A stretch of 64,000 bases of DNA, from the NCBI GenBank assembly GCA_034189385.1, contig JAXHVD010000009.1:30821-94820 (forward strand), given 5' to 3'. A model generated the notes under the pieces. The model was not told where the DNA came from. It did not search any database and was given only the letters and a program-made list of their open reading frames with translations. This document shows positions 1 through 9,941 of this stretch, piece after piece (the stretch's first letter is position 1; each line of letters begins with the position of its first letter). A program made the translations under genes and the position numbers. The stretch comes from Thermodesulfobacteriota bacterium (GTDB taxonomy: Bacteria; Desulfobacterota; Desulfobacteria; Desulfobacterales; C00003060).

Positions 1-106
1 TCTTCTTCAGCACGGTGGACCACACAGCTTCAGGTGGTATGGGATAGAAGTCATCAAGATTTGAAGCAGTGATTCCTGGCACGACCATGACTGGCGGCTG
101 TATCAT
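1..106 (-). CDS. Probable alpha/beta-hydrolase (lipase/LCAT-like), N-terminal part only; runs off the window
   Basis: My translation from ATG at 106: MIQPPVMVVPGITASNLDDFYPIPPEAVWSTVLKK. The PVxVVPGIxAS start is typical of LCAT/PGAP1-like hydrolases, and a GAGGGGGG RBS lies upstream. Not in the ORF track because it is truncated. Confidence 0.5.
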   Translation of the reverse strand, partial: MIQPPVMVVPGITASNLDDFYPIPPEAVWSTVLKK

Positions 107-547
107 GTTGACCCCCCCTCTAGGGATACGCACAAAGCTACAAATGCGCAGCTACAGGTTCATGGGCGTCCGCTAGTGATACAACAAATGGATGAGCTTG
201 GCTGCGACGAGGATCTGCACTCCTGTCAGCACAGAAAACGTGCTGTCAGGAGCCGGGCAGGCACAGTTTGAGGTGTTGCTCCATGTTGCACCCTTGATTT
301 TGGGTTAGAGCAAGGTATAAAAACGGATGAAGAGCCACCAGGGTTGGGCCGGATCTTGAGACTTTTCAATAGGCCTTTCGAACGTTCATTGGGAGCTTTT
401 GGGGGTACCCATTCCCGACTCTGTCGGGGTGAGGGGACCACCCTGGCAGATCAAACTATTTTTTCATACCAGGTGAGAATAAGCAAGTCAATACCAAGGG
501 GTCCCTTTCAGAGATGTGCCATTTCAACGGGACCTTAACGGACCCCT

Positions 548-877
548 CTACTTACTGGTATCCTCCACCACAAAGGGGGTGCATCTCACGCCAATGCGCC
601 CTTTCTTGACCCAGAGTCGGACCATGGTAATGGATTCCCCCTCTGGGGTGACAAGACTGGGGAGCTCTTGAATCCCTTCCACATCGGCGGTCTTAAACTC
701 ATAATAAAACATCTGGGTGCTCAAGGGATCTGCCACGAGGATAATCTTATTTTCGTCACAAGGATGTTTCTGAGGCGTCCCGCTGAATGGAACATGATGG
801 CGGCGTAGGGCCTGCAATTTTTTGTAAGCGTCTACTTCAAACTTCTTGGCTTTCTGCAAAAATTTCTGAATACCCAT
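548..877 (-). CDS. Conserved hypothetical protein (109 aa)
   Basis: GGAGGGAG RBS; sequence (HVPFSGTPQKHP...LVADP...FYYEF...WVKK...RCTPF) resembles a small protein family I recall from Desulfobacterota; function unknown. Confidence 0.7.
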   Translation of the reverse strand: MGIQKFLQKAKKFEVDAYKKLQALRRHHVPFSGTPQKHPCDENKIILVADPLSTQMFYYEFKTADVEGIQELPSLVTPEGESITMVRLWVKKGRIGVRCTPFVVEDTSK

Positions 878-1019
878 GTGCTCCCTCCGTGCGATCAGAA
901 AGTGCTATGATGACAACATGAAAAGATTGTCGTTTCAATAGGTTGACCAGATAGAAGGAGAGACCCCCCCTTTTCATTGCATGGTTCAAACAAGCATTTA
1001 TGTGCCAAGCACGGCTGTC

Positions 1020-2144
1020 TTAGACCTCATGAGACCATGGCCACCCCTGAATGTCCAGATTTGTAAGACCTGCTTGCTCGGCCCATTTTACGGCCTCATC
1101 GTATTCTTTCCGGGTTAATCTTCGGGAAATCTCCGGATAGTCAAAGGCCTTGTACATGGGCCTGTACTGGGACATCAGATTGACATAGGTGTCTTTCGGA
1201 AGGTTTTCCCCTATCCAGTGAATGACCTCTTTGGTTCCGCCCACGCCGTTCGGCATGACCAGATGACGTATCATCAAGCCCCTGTCCATGACACCATCTT
1301 CGGCAGGTCTTGCCACGCCCACCTGGCGGTGCATTTCAAGGAGAGCCGCCTTTGTCACTTCCGGATAGGTCTCTGAACCTGAAGAGTAGGTTGCCGCCAT
1401 CTTGCCGTTAGCATACTTGAAATCAGGTAAATAGATGTCGATGATGCCGTCGAGCTCTTTTAGAATCTCCACACGCTCCCATCCGCACGTGTTGTATACA
1501 AGAGGAAGCCGCAACCCTTTGCCAGCTGCCATGTCAACGGCAAGAACAATATGGGCTGCGTAATGGGTGGGCGTTACGAAATTGATGTTATGGCACCCCA
1601 TCTCTTGCAGCTTGAGCATCATTTCCGCCATCTCTGCAATGCCTGTGGACCTTCCACTTCCTCCTTGGCTGATCTCCCAGTTGATGCAAAAGACGCATCT
1701 AAGCCCACAATTGGTCAGAAATATGGTTCCAGAGCCCCCTTTCCCAACGAGGGGCCTTTCTTCTCCAAAATGGGGGTGATAGGACGACACCTCCAGTTGA
1801 GAAGAAGCTTGACAGAACCCCTCTTCTCCACCGATACGGTTCACCCCGCACCGTCTGGGACAGAGTTCACAGCTCTCCATCATGTCCCAGAGCGCTTCTC
1901 CTCTTTTCTTCAGCTCTCCCTTTCTGTGCAGTCTCAAGTAGGCTGGCTCGAAATGGGAGGCGATGTTGGCTGCTCCTTTGACTGCCGGAAGCTCGTTCTT
2001 TCCCGGGCCAACGCCCTTTGACAGGGAGGCTCGTTCTTCCTCTTTCCTGCATCCGGCACACAGTGAGACAAGGGAAGGGGTCCATCCTGCCACGAGGAAC
2101 CAGCAGAAGGATCTGCAAAAGGCTCTTCTTGACTGTTCCTTCAT
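1020..2144 (-). CDS. Radical SAM protein, PflX-like, with N-terminal Tat/lipoprotein-like extension
   Basis: CELCPRRC, HFGEE, GSGTIF, CGLRCVFC (CxxxCxxC), NINFVTPTH, DIYLPDFKY, RHLVMP, NLMSQYRP motifs; GGAGG RBS. Confidence 0.88.
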   Translation of the reverse strand: MKEQSRRAFCRSFCWFLVAGWTPSLVSLCAGCRKEEERASLSKGVGPGKNELPAVKGAANIASHFEPAYLRLHRKGELKKRGEALWDMMESCELCPRRCGVNRIGGEEGFCQASSQLEVSSYHPHFGEERPLVGKGGSGTIFLTNCGLRCVFCINWEISQGGSGRSTGIAEMAEMMLKLQEMGCHNINFVTPTHYAAHIVLAVDMAAGKGLRLPLVYNTCGWERVEILKELDGIIDIYLPDFKYANGKMAATYSSGSETYPEVTKAALLEMHRQVGVARPAEDGVMDRGLMIRHLVMPNGVGGTKEVIHWIGENLPKDTYVNLMSQYRPMYKAFDYPEISRRLTRKEYDEAVKWAEQAGLTNLDIQGWPWSHEV

Positions 2145-2510
2145 CCTGAAGATCCTCCAAAGAGGCTGTCGGAAACCTCCTGCCCATCCAACAGGTTCAG
2201 ATCTCTCAAGAATTGCGCTCGCTTATTCGGTTCATGAGCAGGCACCATGCATGCCGGGCCCTTGGATTTCTTCTGTTTCAGCCCGTATACGATCTCAACG
2301 GGTGTTGCTCTTTGCACTTAGCAATAAGAACACTTATGAAACATACTTCAGAAAAGTCAAGACCATTATGAACTTGACCTCAGAACGGTCAGGCACCGGA
2401 AAGAAGGCGATTCGTTTTCAAATTGACGGTTACGTGATTTTGGCAGGCACAGGGAAACTGCAATAGGTGAAGGGCACCAGCAACCAGGTAGCAGCAGAAA
2501 AGAAGCCCGA

Positions 2511-2648
2511 TCCAAGAAAGGCCGACCCTGCCAGTTGGCTGTAGCCGGCTATAGATGAGAGGCCTTAACATCGGGGCCTATCATGGAGGCGCAGCCATCT
2601 GTCAATCCGCCCTCACTCTTGGGCGGTTGAAGGAAGATGTGTTGCTAA
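2511..2648 (+). mobile_element. Orphan structured non-coding element resembling an IS110-family left end (bridge-RNA-like), no transposase
   Basis: Stem 2532-2541/2592-2601 encloses an internal loop and inner hairpin 2560-2579; second hairpin 2602-2630; then AAGGAAG-ATG followed by a stop after two codons. Family assignment is from recall only. Confidence 0.4.
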
Positions 2649-2726
2649 GATTGCTTCTTACACCTGGAAATAACAATCATGCCAGCACTTAGAAGAATCA
2701 GTGTCGCAAGCGTAATCCAAGGCCTC

Positions 2727-5183
2727 CTATGGCACCGGCTGGAGGTTCCAGATCTCTCGGGCATATTCTAAGATCGTGCGGTCGGAAGAGAACTTGCCCG
2801 TCCGGGCCACGTTTAGAATCGCCTTTCGGGCCCAGAGGGAACGATCCCTGTATTCCCTAGAGGCCTTTTCCTGCGTCTCGAGATATGGTTGGAAATCCGC
2901 AAGGTGGAAGTAATAGTCTCCGTGACGCAGGATGCTGTCGCAGATGGGATGGAACAGGCCAGGGTTTTGGGGAGAGAACATACCCGAACCAATGGCGTCC
3001 ATCACCCGTTTTATGTTTGGATTCTCATTGTAGTAAGCCCAAGGATCGTAGCCGCCGCCATTTCGCATGTGGCGAATGTCCTCAACTTTCAGGCCGAATA
3101 TATAGATGTTCTCCTCTCCCACTTCTTCCAGAATTTCCACATTGGCGCCGTCGAGGGTGCCGATGGTAAGGGCGCCGTTCATTGCAAGCTTCATGTTGCC
3201 CGTACCCGAAGCCTCCATGCCTGCCGTTGAAATCTGCTGACTCAGATCAGCCGCAGGAACGATCCTCTCGGCAAGAGACACCCGGTAGTCCGGCATAAAG
3301 GCCACCTTCATCTGTCTATTGACCCTGCGGTCCTTGTTGATGACGTCGCCTACGCTGCAGATCAGATTGATGATGAGCTTGGCCAGGAAGTATCCCGGCG
3401 CGGCTTTCCCCGCAAAGACATAAGTCTTGGGCACCGTCAGTTCCACGTGATCGTTCACGAGGTGCAAGTACTGGTAGATGATGTGGAGAACACCGAGAAG
3501 CTGCCGTTTGTATTCGTGTATGCGCTTAATCTGGACATCAAAGAGCGTTTCCGGATCCACCTGAACCCGTGTCGTATCCAGAATGACCTCTGCGAGCTTT
3601 TCCTTGTTGGCCTTTTTGATGTCAAGGAACCGTTTCTGAAAAGCATCGTCATCAGCGTATGCCTCCAATTGCCTCAGTTTTCCAGAATCTATGATCCACC
3701 CATCACCGATTGTCTCCGTGATCAGCTCGGAGAGCAACGGGTTTGACTTCAAGAGCCAACGCCTTTGGGTCACGCCATTCGTCTTGTTGTTGAACTTCTC
3801 CGGCCACAATTGGTAGAAATCGGGCACGAGTGACGTCTTTACCAACTCGGAATGAAGAGCTGCCACCCCATTTACTGAATGGCTTCCGACGATGGAAAGG
3901 TGGGCCATCCGCACCTGCTTTGTATCACCTTCCTCGATAATGGACATTCTCCGCACTCTGTCGCCGTCATTGGGCCAACGAGCGGAAACCTTTTTCAGGA
4001 AACGGTGGTTGATCTCGTAGATAATCTGAAGGTGCCTGGGAAGCACATGTTCCAGAAGTGGAACGGGCCACGTTTCCAACGCTTCCGGGAGCAGCGTATG
4101 GTTGGTGTAGCCCAGGGTGGCCTCTGTGATTTGCCATGCCTCTTCCCAATCCAGGTCATGTTCGTCAATGAAAGTCCGAACCAGTTCTGCCACCGTAAGG
4201 GCAGGGTGCGTATCATTGAGCTGGATCGCTACTTTGTCTGCAAAGGCATCCAGTGTTTCATGGTCTCCGAGGTATCTTCTCATGATATCCCTGACCGCAC
4301 AGGCGACAAGAAAGTATTCCTGGACGAGTCGCAGTTCCTTGCCGGGCTCGACGGAATCGCAGGGGTACAACACCTTTGAGACCGTCTCTGAAGATATCTT
4401 CTGCTGCACTGCCTTAAAGTAATCACCCTCGTTGAAGATCCGCATATCGAATTCGTCTGAGGATCTGGCAGAAAAGAGTCTCAGATAATTGACTGTCTTG
4501 CCGCCGAATCCCACGATGGGAACGTCGTGGGGAACCCCAATCAGGATGTTCCAGCCCAACCACATGGGATTGTCGTTTCCAGACCGATCGGGCAGGTGTT
4601 CTATTCTGCCGTAGACGGGAACAATGCATGCCTCCTCAAGACGTTCCATCAGCCAGGGGTTCTCTTCGCTGTACCAGTGATCAGGCCGCTCCTTCTGATG
4701 ACCGTTGTCTATCTCTTGCCTGAAGATACCGAATTCATAATTGATCCCATACCCGTAGCCGGGCAGCCCAAGCGTTGCCAGGGAATCGAGAAAACACGCC
4801 GCCAGCCTTCCCAACCCGCCATTTCCAAGGGCTGCATCGACTTCGCTGTTGCGTATTTCCTCCATATCAATGCCCATGTCGGACAAGGCGTCCTTAGCCA
4901 GGTCAAAGATTCCCAAGTTGTAGAGGTTGTTTCCGAGGGCTCTTCCCATGAGAAATTCCATTGACAGATAGTACAGCCGCTTGGCGTCTTCTCCTTCGTA
5001 ACGCGCCTTTGTCGCCAGCATCACATCGACGAGCCGTTCCCTCACGGCAAGGGCAACGGCTTTGTAGTAATCTCTCATTGAAGCCTGGTCCCTGGATTTT
5101 CCACTCGAATACTTCACGTGGTAAAGTATCGATTTCTGGAAATCCGTTACTGCCGTTTTTGAAGTCTTGGCGTTCTTCGTCAT
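2727..5183 (-). CDS. glgP: Glycogen/alpha-glucan phosphorylase
   Basis: YYLSMEFLMGR, LGNGGLGRLAACFLDS, IQLNDTHP, KRIHEYKRQ, EASGTGNMK (PLP lysine), GKFSSDRTI. Start placed at ATG 5183 behind GAGGAGG. Confidence 0.97.
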   Translation of the reverse strand: MTKNAKTSKTAVTDFQKSILYHVKYSSGKSRDQASMRDYYKAVALAVRERLVDVMLATKARYEGEDAKRLYYLSMEFLMGRALGNNLYNLGIFDLAKDALSDMGIDMEEIRNSEVDAALGNGGLGRLAACFLDSLATLGLPGYGYGINYEFGIFRQEIDNGHQKERPDHWYSEENPWLMERLEEACIVPVYGRIEHLPDRSGNDNPMWLGWNILIGVPHDVPIVGFGGKTVNYLRLFSARSSDEFDMRIFNEGDYFKAVQQKISSETVSKVLYPCDSVEPGKELRLVQEYFLVACAVRDIMRRYLGDHETLDAFADKVAIQLNDTHPALTVAELVRTFIDEHDLDWEEAWQITEATLGYTNHTLLPEALETWPVPLLEHVLPRHLQIIYEINHRFLKKVSARWPNDGDRVRRMSIIEEGDTKQVRMAHLSIVGSHSVNGVAALHSELVKTSLVPDFYQLWPEKFNNKTNGVTQRRWLLKSNPLLSELITETIGDGWIIDSGKLRQLEAYADDDAFQKRFLDIKKANKEKLAEVILDTTRVQVDPETLFDVQIKRIHEYKRQLLGVLHIIYQYLHLVNDHVELTVPKTYVFAGKAAPGYFLAKLIINLICSVGDVINKDRRVNRQMKVAFMPDYRVSLAERIVPAADLSQQISTAGMEASGTGNMKLAMNGALTIGTLDGANVEILEEVGEENIYIFGLKVEDIRHMRNGGGYDPWAYYNENPNIKRVMDAIGSGMFSPQNPGLFHPICDSILRHGDYYFHLADFQPYLETQEKASREYRDRSLWARKAILNVARTGKFSSDRTILEYAREIWNLQPVP

Positions 5184-5227
5184 CACGATTCCTCCTCGGA
5201 GCATATCGGGCCGTCGGCAGGAAAGCG

Positions 5228-5569
5228 TTATTCGACGGACAAAGCGCGCACAGCGTCCTGCTGCTCTTCAAATATACGGAACACCTTGTTCATTCTTGTC
5301 AGCTTGAACATTCTCATAACGGGGTCCGGTGCACCGCAGATGAGGATGTCGCCGTCTCCTCCCATCAACTTGAGGGCAGAGACTAAAGCGCCCAGTCCGC
5401 TGCTATCCACGAAATCGACTGCAGAGATGTCCAGGATGATGCGGCGATTTCCATCGGAAACAAAGCCTGACATGGCTTTTCTAAAATCGTCTGCACCCCT
5501 GGCATCCAGCCTGTCGTTCAATATTTTGGCTACCAGAATGTCTCCTTCTCTCCTCTGTTCAATCTCCAT
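5228..5569 (-). CDS. STAS-domain anti-sigma factor antagonist (RsbV/SpoIIAA-like)
   Basis: VDFVDSSGLGALV phospho-Ser motif; 113 aa. Confidence 0.93.
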   Translation of the reverse strand: MEIEQRREGDILVAKILNDRLDARGADDFRKAMSGFVSDGNRRIILDISAVDFVDSSGLGALVSALKLMGGDGDILICGAPDPVMRMFKLTRMNKVFRIFEEQQDAVRALSVE

Positions 5570-6041
5570 CTTGGCCTCCCGTACAGCGTCTAGTCTTTTC
5601 TCCTGAACCGAAGAACTTTGTCAGCGAAAGGCAGTTCTTCCCGCCCTTGCTTTGGTAAATCACCGCATCCATGATTTCCTTGATGATGGGAAGGCCTCTT
5701 CCCTGCTCGGCGAGGCCATCAATGTCGTCATGGTCGATTTCCAGCATCGCGACGTCCGCCTCTGCCAAGTGTCTCTGATCCATAGGCTTCCCAGTGTCAC
5801 AGACATCTACAACGAGCCGGTCCTGCCCGAGGGCGAAACGTACTTCAACCTCGTGTCCTCTTTGCTTGCCATAGGCGTGCTCAACACAGTTGTTCACCGC
5901 TTCAACCACACATAGTTCGATGTCATGAGGTGAAATGTCGCAAGGAGAGACCATGGAAACCAATCCATTGATGGTCCTGCCGACGAGAGAGACGTTTTTC
6001 AGCTCGCTGTCAATGACCAGCTTGATTTCCTTGTGCTCCAT
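5559..6041 (-). CDS. Anti-sigma factor/Ser kinase (RsbW-like HATPase_c)
   Basis: ELCVVEAVNNCVEHAY, VCDTGKP, QGRGLPII boxes; overlaps the STAS gene start. Confidence 0.92.
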   Translation of the reverse strand: MEHKEIKLVIDSELKNVSLVGRTINGLVSMVSPCDISPHDIELCVVEAVNNCVEHAYGKQRGHEVEVRFALGQDRLVVDVCDTGKPMDQRHLAEADVAMLEIDHDDIDGLAEQGRGLPIIKEIMDAVIYQSKGGKNCLSLTKFFGSGEKTRRCTGGQDGD

Positions 6042-6125
6042 ACGTTCACCATTGACGAAGGGCCAACGATAGCGTGATTGAAAATCCCTGCAAGGAGGTG
6101 CGCGGAATCCGCTCTCCGCTGTCGT

Positions 6126-7997
6126 TCACACCCGTTCCATGGCCAGGAGTGTCACGTCATCCTGGAATTCGTCTTTTCCTCTCCATTGACACAAACGCTC
6201 CTTGGTCGCTGCCAGCAAATCACGAAGAGAAAGGTCCTGTCCCTCTTCCAGCAACCCTCTCAAGCGTTGCTCGGAAAATTGCTCGCCTTTGTCGTCGGTG
6301 CATTCCGTAATGCCGTCAGAATAGAGAATTAACCGGTCGCCTTTTCCCAGACGGACCCGCTCTTCTTCGTAATCAGCCTCAGAAAGCATGCCGACAGGGT
6401 ATCCACCTGTCCCGACAGGGACGGCCGTGCCTTTTTTGACGACCATGGGAGGCGGGTGACCGGCCAGAGTCAGCACCGTGTCTCCGTCTCGCGTATCCAT
6501 TATCCCGTAGATCATGGTAAAGTACTGCATGGTATCAGGGTCCGCCTGAAATCGTTTGTTCAGGTTTTCTACGACCATGGCAGGGTTGATGAGCCGGTAG
6601 TAGGGAGGCTCCGGAGATGGAAGGAATTGTTTCAACAACGATTCTTTGTTGTTTGCTGGAGAAAGGGCCTTGCTCAGAGTGACGGAAAGCATCGCCGCCG
6701 GTATGCCATGGCCGGCCACATCGAGCACGTAAAAGCCAAGGTGCTCCTCGTCGAGTCGGAAATAGTTGTAGATATCGCCGGCCACATAACTGGATGGAAG
6801 GAATATAGAATCAAATTGAACCCCGTCGATGTTCGTGGCCGCCTGGGGTATGAGCGTCGATTGAATTCTTGCCCCTGCCTCAAGGTCCCTTTTTATGACC
6901 GAATAGGCGTGTCTTAGCTTCTCGTTCGATTCTCCCAGCTTCGCGTTTCGTTCCTCCAGGTCTTTCTGGAGACGCAGAATTTTTTTCCCTTCCTTGACCT
7001 GCGCTTCCAGTTTCTTTTGGCGCGTCATGTCCCGAAGGATATGGACGCTCCCTGCAGGATTCCCCTCCCGGTCCAGATAGGTGGCGGCACTAATGCTGAC
7101 ATCGACGATGCCTCTCCTTTTTGTGTATCGCTGGCTTTCAATCCCGGAGAAGCTTCTGCCGGCCAGCAGTTTTTCTATCATCCTTCGGGTTTCAGATTTG
7201 CTGCCTTCGGGAACGTAATCCATTTTCCTGCCCAGAAGCTCCCCCGGTTGCCACCCGAAGACCTCTGTAAAGGCAGGATTTACGTAAATCACCTTGCCGC
7301 CCATGTCATAGACGACGACAGGATCCGGACATGCTTCCAGGACGGCACGAGACCTCTCTTCACTTTCCAGAAATCTTCGTTCCGCCGACTTGTGCAGACT
7401 CAAATCCTGAAGGGTCTCCAAGGCTCCAATGATCTCTCCTTCGGCGTTTTTCAATGGGGCCGCATTAAGGAACAGCCATTTGCCCTCCTCTCCCAGGCCG
7501 GGAAAAAAATCTTCAGCCGCGTAGGCGCCTTCCACAACAGCCGATTTCCGAAGTTTGTCACCATAATATCGGGCCGTCTCTTCTCCAAGGGGGGGGCCCA
7601 TGACCATGTCGGCCATCACCGGTCTCTCTTCGGCATAAAAAGCCGTCCATTGTCTGTTGGTTCCGATGATGTCTCTTGCAGAAATGCCGGTGAGATCCTC
7701 GCAAGCCCTGTTCCAGTGTCTGACCACGTGCTCCTTGTCGATAACAAACGTGGGTATGGGGCTCCCCTCGACGATCTGGGAAAGCAATGCAGAACCCAAC
7801 TGTGGGGCACCTTTCATCTTATTGGGCCTGGCCTCCTTCAATTGCAGCTGTTGCTTTTTTCCCGCCTCTTTCCGAACCGTTTCTTTCCACATCAACAAGC
7901 TGATCACCTTTTCAGCATGTGTCAGCATGTGTCTAGTCTGACGATTGGGGTGTGGCCAAACCACACCGACAGGATCTATTCGCATAAAGCGTGCCAC
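6126..7997 (-). CDS. PAS-PAS-PP2C (SpoIIE/RsbU-like) phosphatase; true start may be further downstream
   Basis: Two PAS/PAC repeats, a coiled coil, then AGDIY, DVAGHG, AGHPPP, LYSDGITE, DDVT motifs. Confidence 0.92.
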   Translation of the reverse strand: MARFMRIDPVGVVWPHPNRQTRHMLTHAEKVISLLMWKETVRKEAGKKQQLQLKEARPNKMKGAPQLGSALLSQIVEGSPIPTFVIDKEHVVRHWNRACEDLTGISARDIIGTNRQWTAFYAEERPVMADMVMGPPLGEETARYYGDKLRKSAVVEGAYAAEDFFPGLGEEGKWLFLNAAPLKNAEGEIIGALETLQDLSLHKSAERRFLESEERSRAVLEACPDPVVVYDMGGKVIYVNPAFTEVFGWQPGELLGRKMDYVPEGSKSETRRMIEKLLAGRSFSGIESQRYTKRRGIVDVSISAATYLDREGNPAGSVHILRDMTRQKKLEAQVKEGKKILRLQKDLEERNAKLGESNEKLRHAYSVIKRDLEAGARIQSTLIPQAATNIDGVQFDSIFLPSSYVAGDIYNYFRLDEEHLGFYVLDVAGHGIPAAMLSVTLSKALSPANNKESLLKQFLPSPEPPYYRLINPAMVVENLNKRFQADPDTMQYFTMIYGIMDTRDGDTVLTLAGHPPPMVVKKGTAVPVGTGGYPVGMLSEADYEEERVRLGKGDRLILYSDGITECTDDKGEQFSEQRLRGLLEEGQDLSLRDLLAATKERLCQWRGKDEFQDDVTLLAMERV

Positions 7998-8727
7998 AAT
8001 GGCCTAAAGGAGCCAAGGCGCGAAATTTCAATTAGTTATAATCTTTTATTGCGGGGGGGTCCAGCGCCGATGGATGGGGAATTGAACGGTTTATGCCTCT
8101 GGGTGTCAGAATATTGACCGGTGGTAAACGCCGCTTTTCCAATCTCCCTGTACGAAGGCACCACCATGAAGACAGGAGCCTCGGTGCGCCTTCAGCTGCG
8201 TTGCCCGGCCTATCCCCTTGGGAGACAACTCACTTCACGCCCAGGACCATGGAAGCGGTGTTTATTACCCTTGGCTCATAGGCATATGGGGGCAATGCCA
8301 TAAACTCTCCCACTGAGCTGGGGACCAAGCTGTAATAAAGGGGGGCGTTGATCATTGCCGACAACAAGGCCATTTCGCTTCAAACCAGTCAATGAGTATG
8401 AATTCTTGCCAGGGGTTACACTAAAACAACCATTTGATTTTCTGCTAGATTACCAACGGCAAGAGCAAGGCTTCACCAAAGAAGACGTGGGCCTCCGGTG
8501 AGAGGCTAATGAGCACAAACCCAGAGGCCCACTAAAACCCCGGAAACCGAGCAAACCAAGTCCCCACGCAAAAGGATTCAGACAGGCGCCGGCCGGGGTA
8601 AACTTTTCAATAGCATTGTCCCAGAGGATGTCAATAGGAAGAAAGAAGGAAAAACTTCGAATTTTTTGTCTCTTTCGCTGCTTGCCATGTAACACGTCCA
8701 CATCATTCGGCAATGTTAAAAGACGCA

Positions 8728-8769
8728 ACCGGCCTCCGGCCCCTGCAAGGTGGGGCCGGAGGCTGTTTT
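8728..8769. terminator. Strong GC-rich hairpin, probable terminator
   Basis: GCCTCCGGCCCC...GGGGCCGGAGGC inverted repeat downstream of the minus-strand cytochrome fragment. Confidence 0.6.
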
Positions 8770-8801
8770 AGAAAGGACCGCCAAATCCAGTCCAAAAAAG
8801 A

Positions 8802-9330
8802 CTACTTCTCTTCAAAGAGTTCCTTTGGCTTTGTTGTGTTACCTGTGGCGTTGGGATAATCAACGGCCTTATAGGCCTTCTCGTTGTGGGCTATCATCTC
8901 CCGAGCCTCTTCCATGTAGTTGTTATAACGCTTCTCACACTCATAGAAGCCGTGCCACCAAGAGTAGTCCGGTGCCATCATGGCAGCACCCATTCGGGCC
9001 CTTGTGCCTTCGTGGTGCCACAATTCATAGTATTCCACTTCAAGGCGCTCATCAAAAAACGTGCTCTTGTCCAGCACGCCCTCTGCATAGAGCTCGTCCG
9101 GCATTTTCTTGGCAGGCCTGAAGTAGACCTCGTTGTATTCCTCAACCACCTTGTCCAGCTTAAAGAAATGATCATCCACCCATGTCTTTCCGTGGCACTG
9201 CATGCACACCTGGGCCATCTTGTCTCGTTCTACCTTCCAGTTGGTCTTTGCCGGAAACGGTTTGAAGTCCGATGGCCTTATGGTCAGGGGCGCCTGTGTC
9301 TCCCAAGCGAGCCTCTCAGTCACGTCACAG
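8802..9330 (-). pseudogene. C-terminal fragment of an HAO-family multiheme cytochrome c
   Basis: DVTERLAWE, a single CMQCH heme site, YYELWHHEG-RARMGAAMMAPDYSWWHG match the HAO-like octaheme C-terminus; signal peptide and other heme motifs are absent. Confidence 0.75.
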
Positions 9331-9607
9331 GAGCAGGTCAAGCCTCCTTGGCACAACTCCCGAGACCCTTTCCCGTAGTCTGGGAAGGGTGTCTAAGCAG
9401 AATCTGATCGAAGTGAAAGGTCGCTGGATCCGACTCTTGGACAGGTCACAGAAAATTATTTGAATCTTTCAATGAGTTGCCTATGGTAGCATCAATCTCG
9501 TGTTTCGGCTGGTCGTAAAAAAACCGGCTCTCGTTACGTATAGTCGAGCAAAATCTACAAAGGCGACAAATAGTATATATTGAAACTTTGAGGATTAACG
9601 ACCCAAA

Positions 9608-9712
9608 TCACCCGCGTTTTCCCTTTGAGGTCACAATTTGTAATCTCAAAGATTCGAACTCATTTTGGGTAATCTGAAACATGAAGTCGTCGGGAAAACT
9701 ATCGATATTGAA
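9608..9712 (-). pseudogene. ORF6N-domain remnant (about 33 codons)
   Basis: NIDSFPDDFMFQITQNEFESLRLQIVTSKGKRG resembles the ORF6N core (RFPxDFMFQLTxxE..LRSQIVTS); flanks are unrelated. Confidence 0.65.
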
Positions 9713-9941
9713 TAACGCATGGCGAAAAGGGTATGCACCTTCCCGGGATACCTTGAAAAAAGGAACTTCATACTTGAACATTTTGCCATTTAACCTTACA
9801 AATTTGTTCCCCTCTGAAAAAGAGGTGGGAGGGGTAATGGGAAAGGATACGGCCATAAGCTGCAAAACACTGGCCTGACTGAACAGGCGGCACACTGAGC
9901 CTTGGGAGTGACAGTGTGTCCGGTAAGGAACTAAATTCAAG

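Noticed and set aside
993..1008. Sigma-54 promoter TTGGCACATAAATGC (minus strand)
   Set aside because: Spacing is GG-N9-GC, not the required N10.
7017..8117. 366-aa plus-strand ORF
   Set aside because: Antisense shadow of the PAS-PP2C gene.
8000..8720. Riboswitch or small genes upstream of the PP2C gene
   Set aside because: No riboswitch consensus recognised; the short ORFs lack recognisable motifs.
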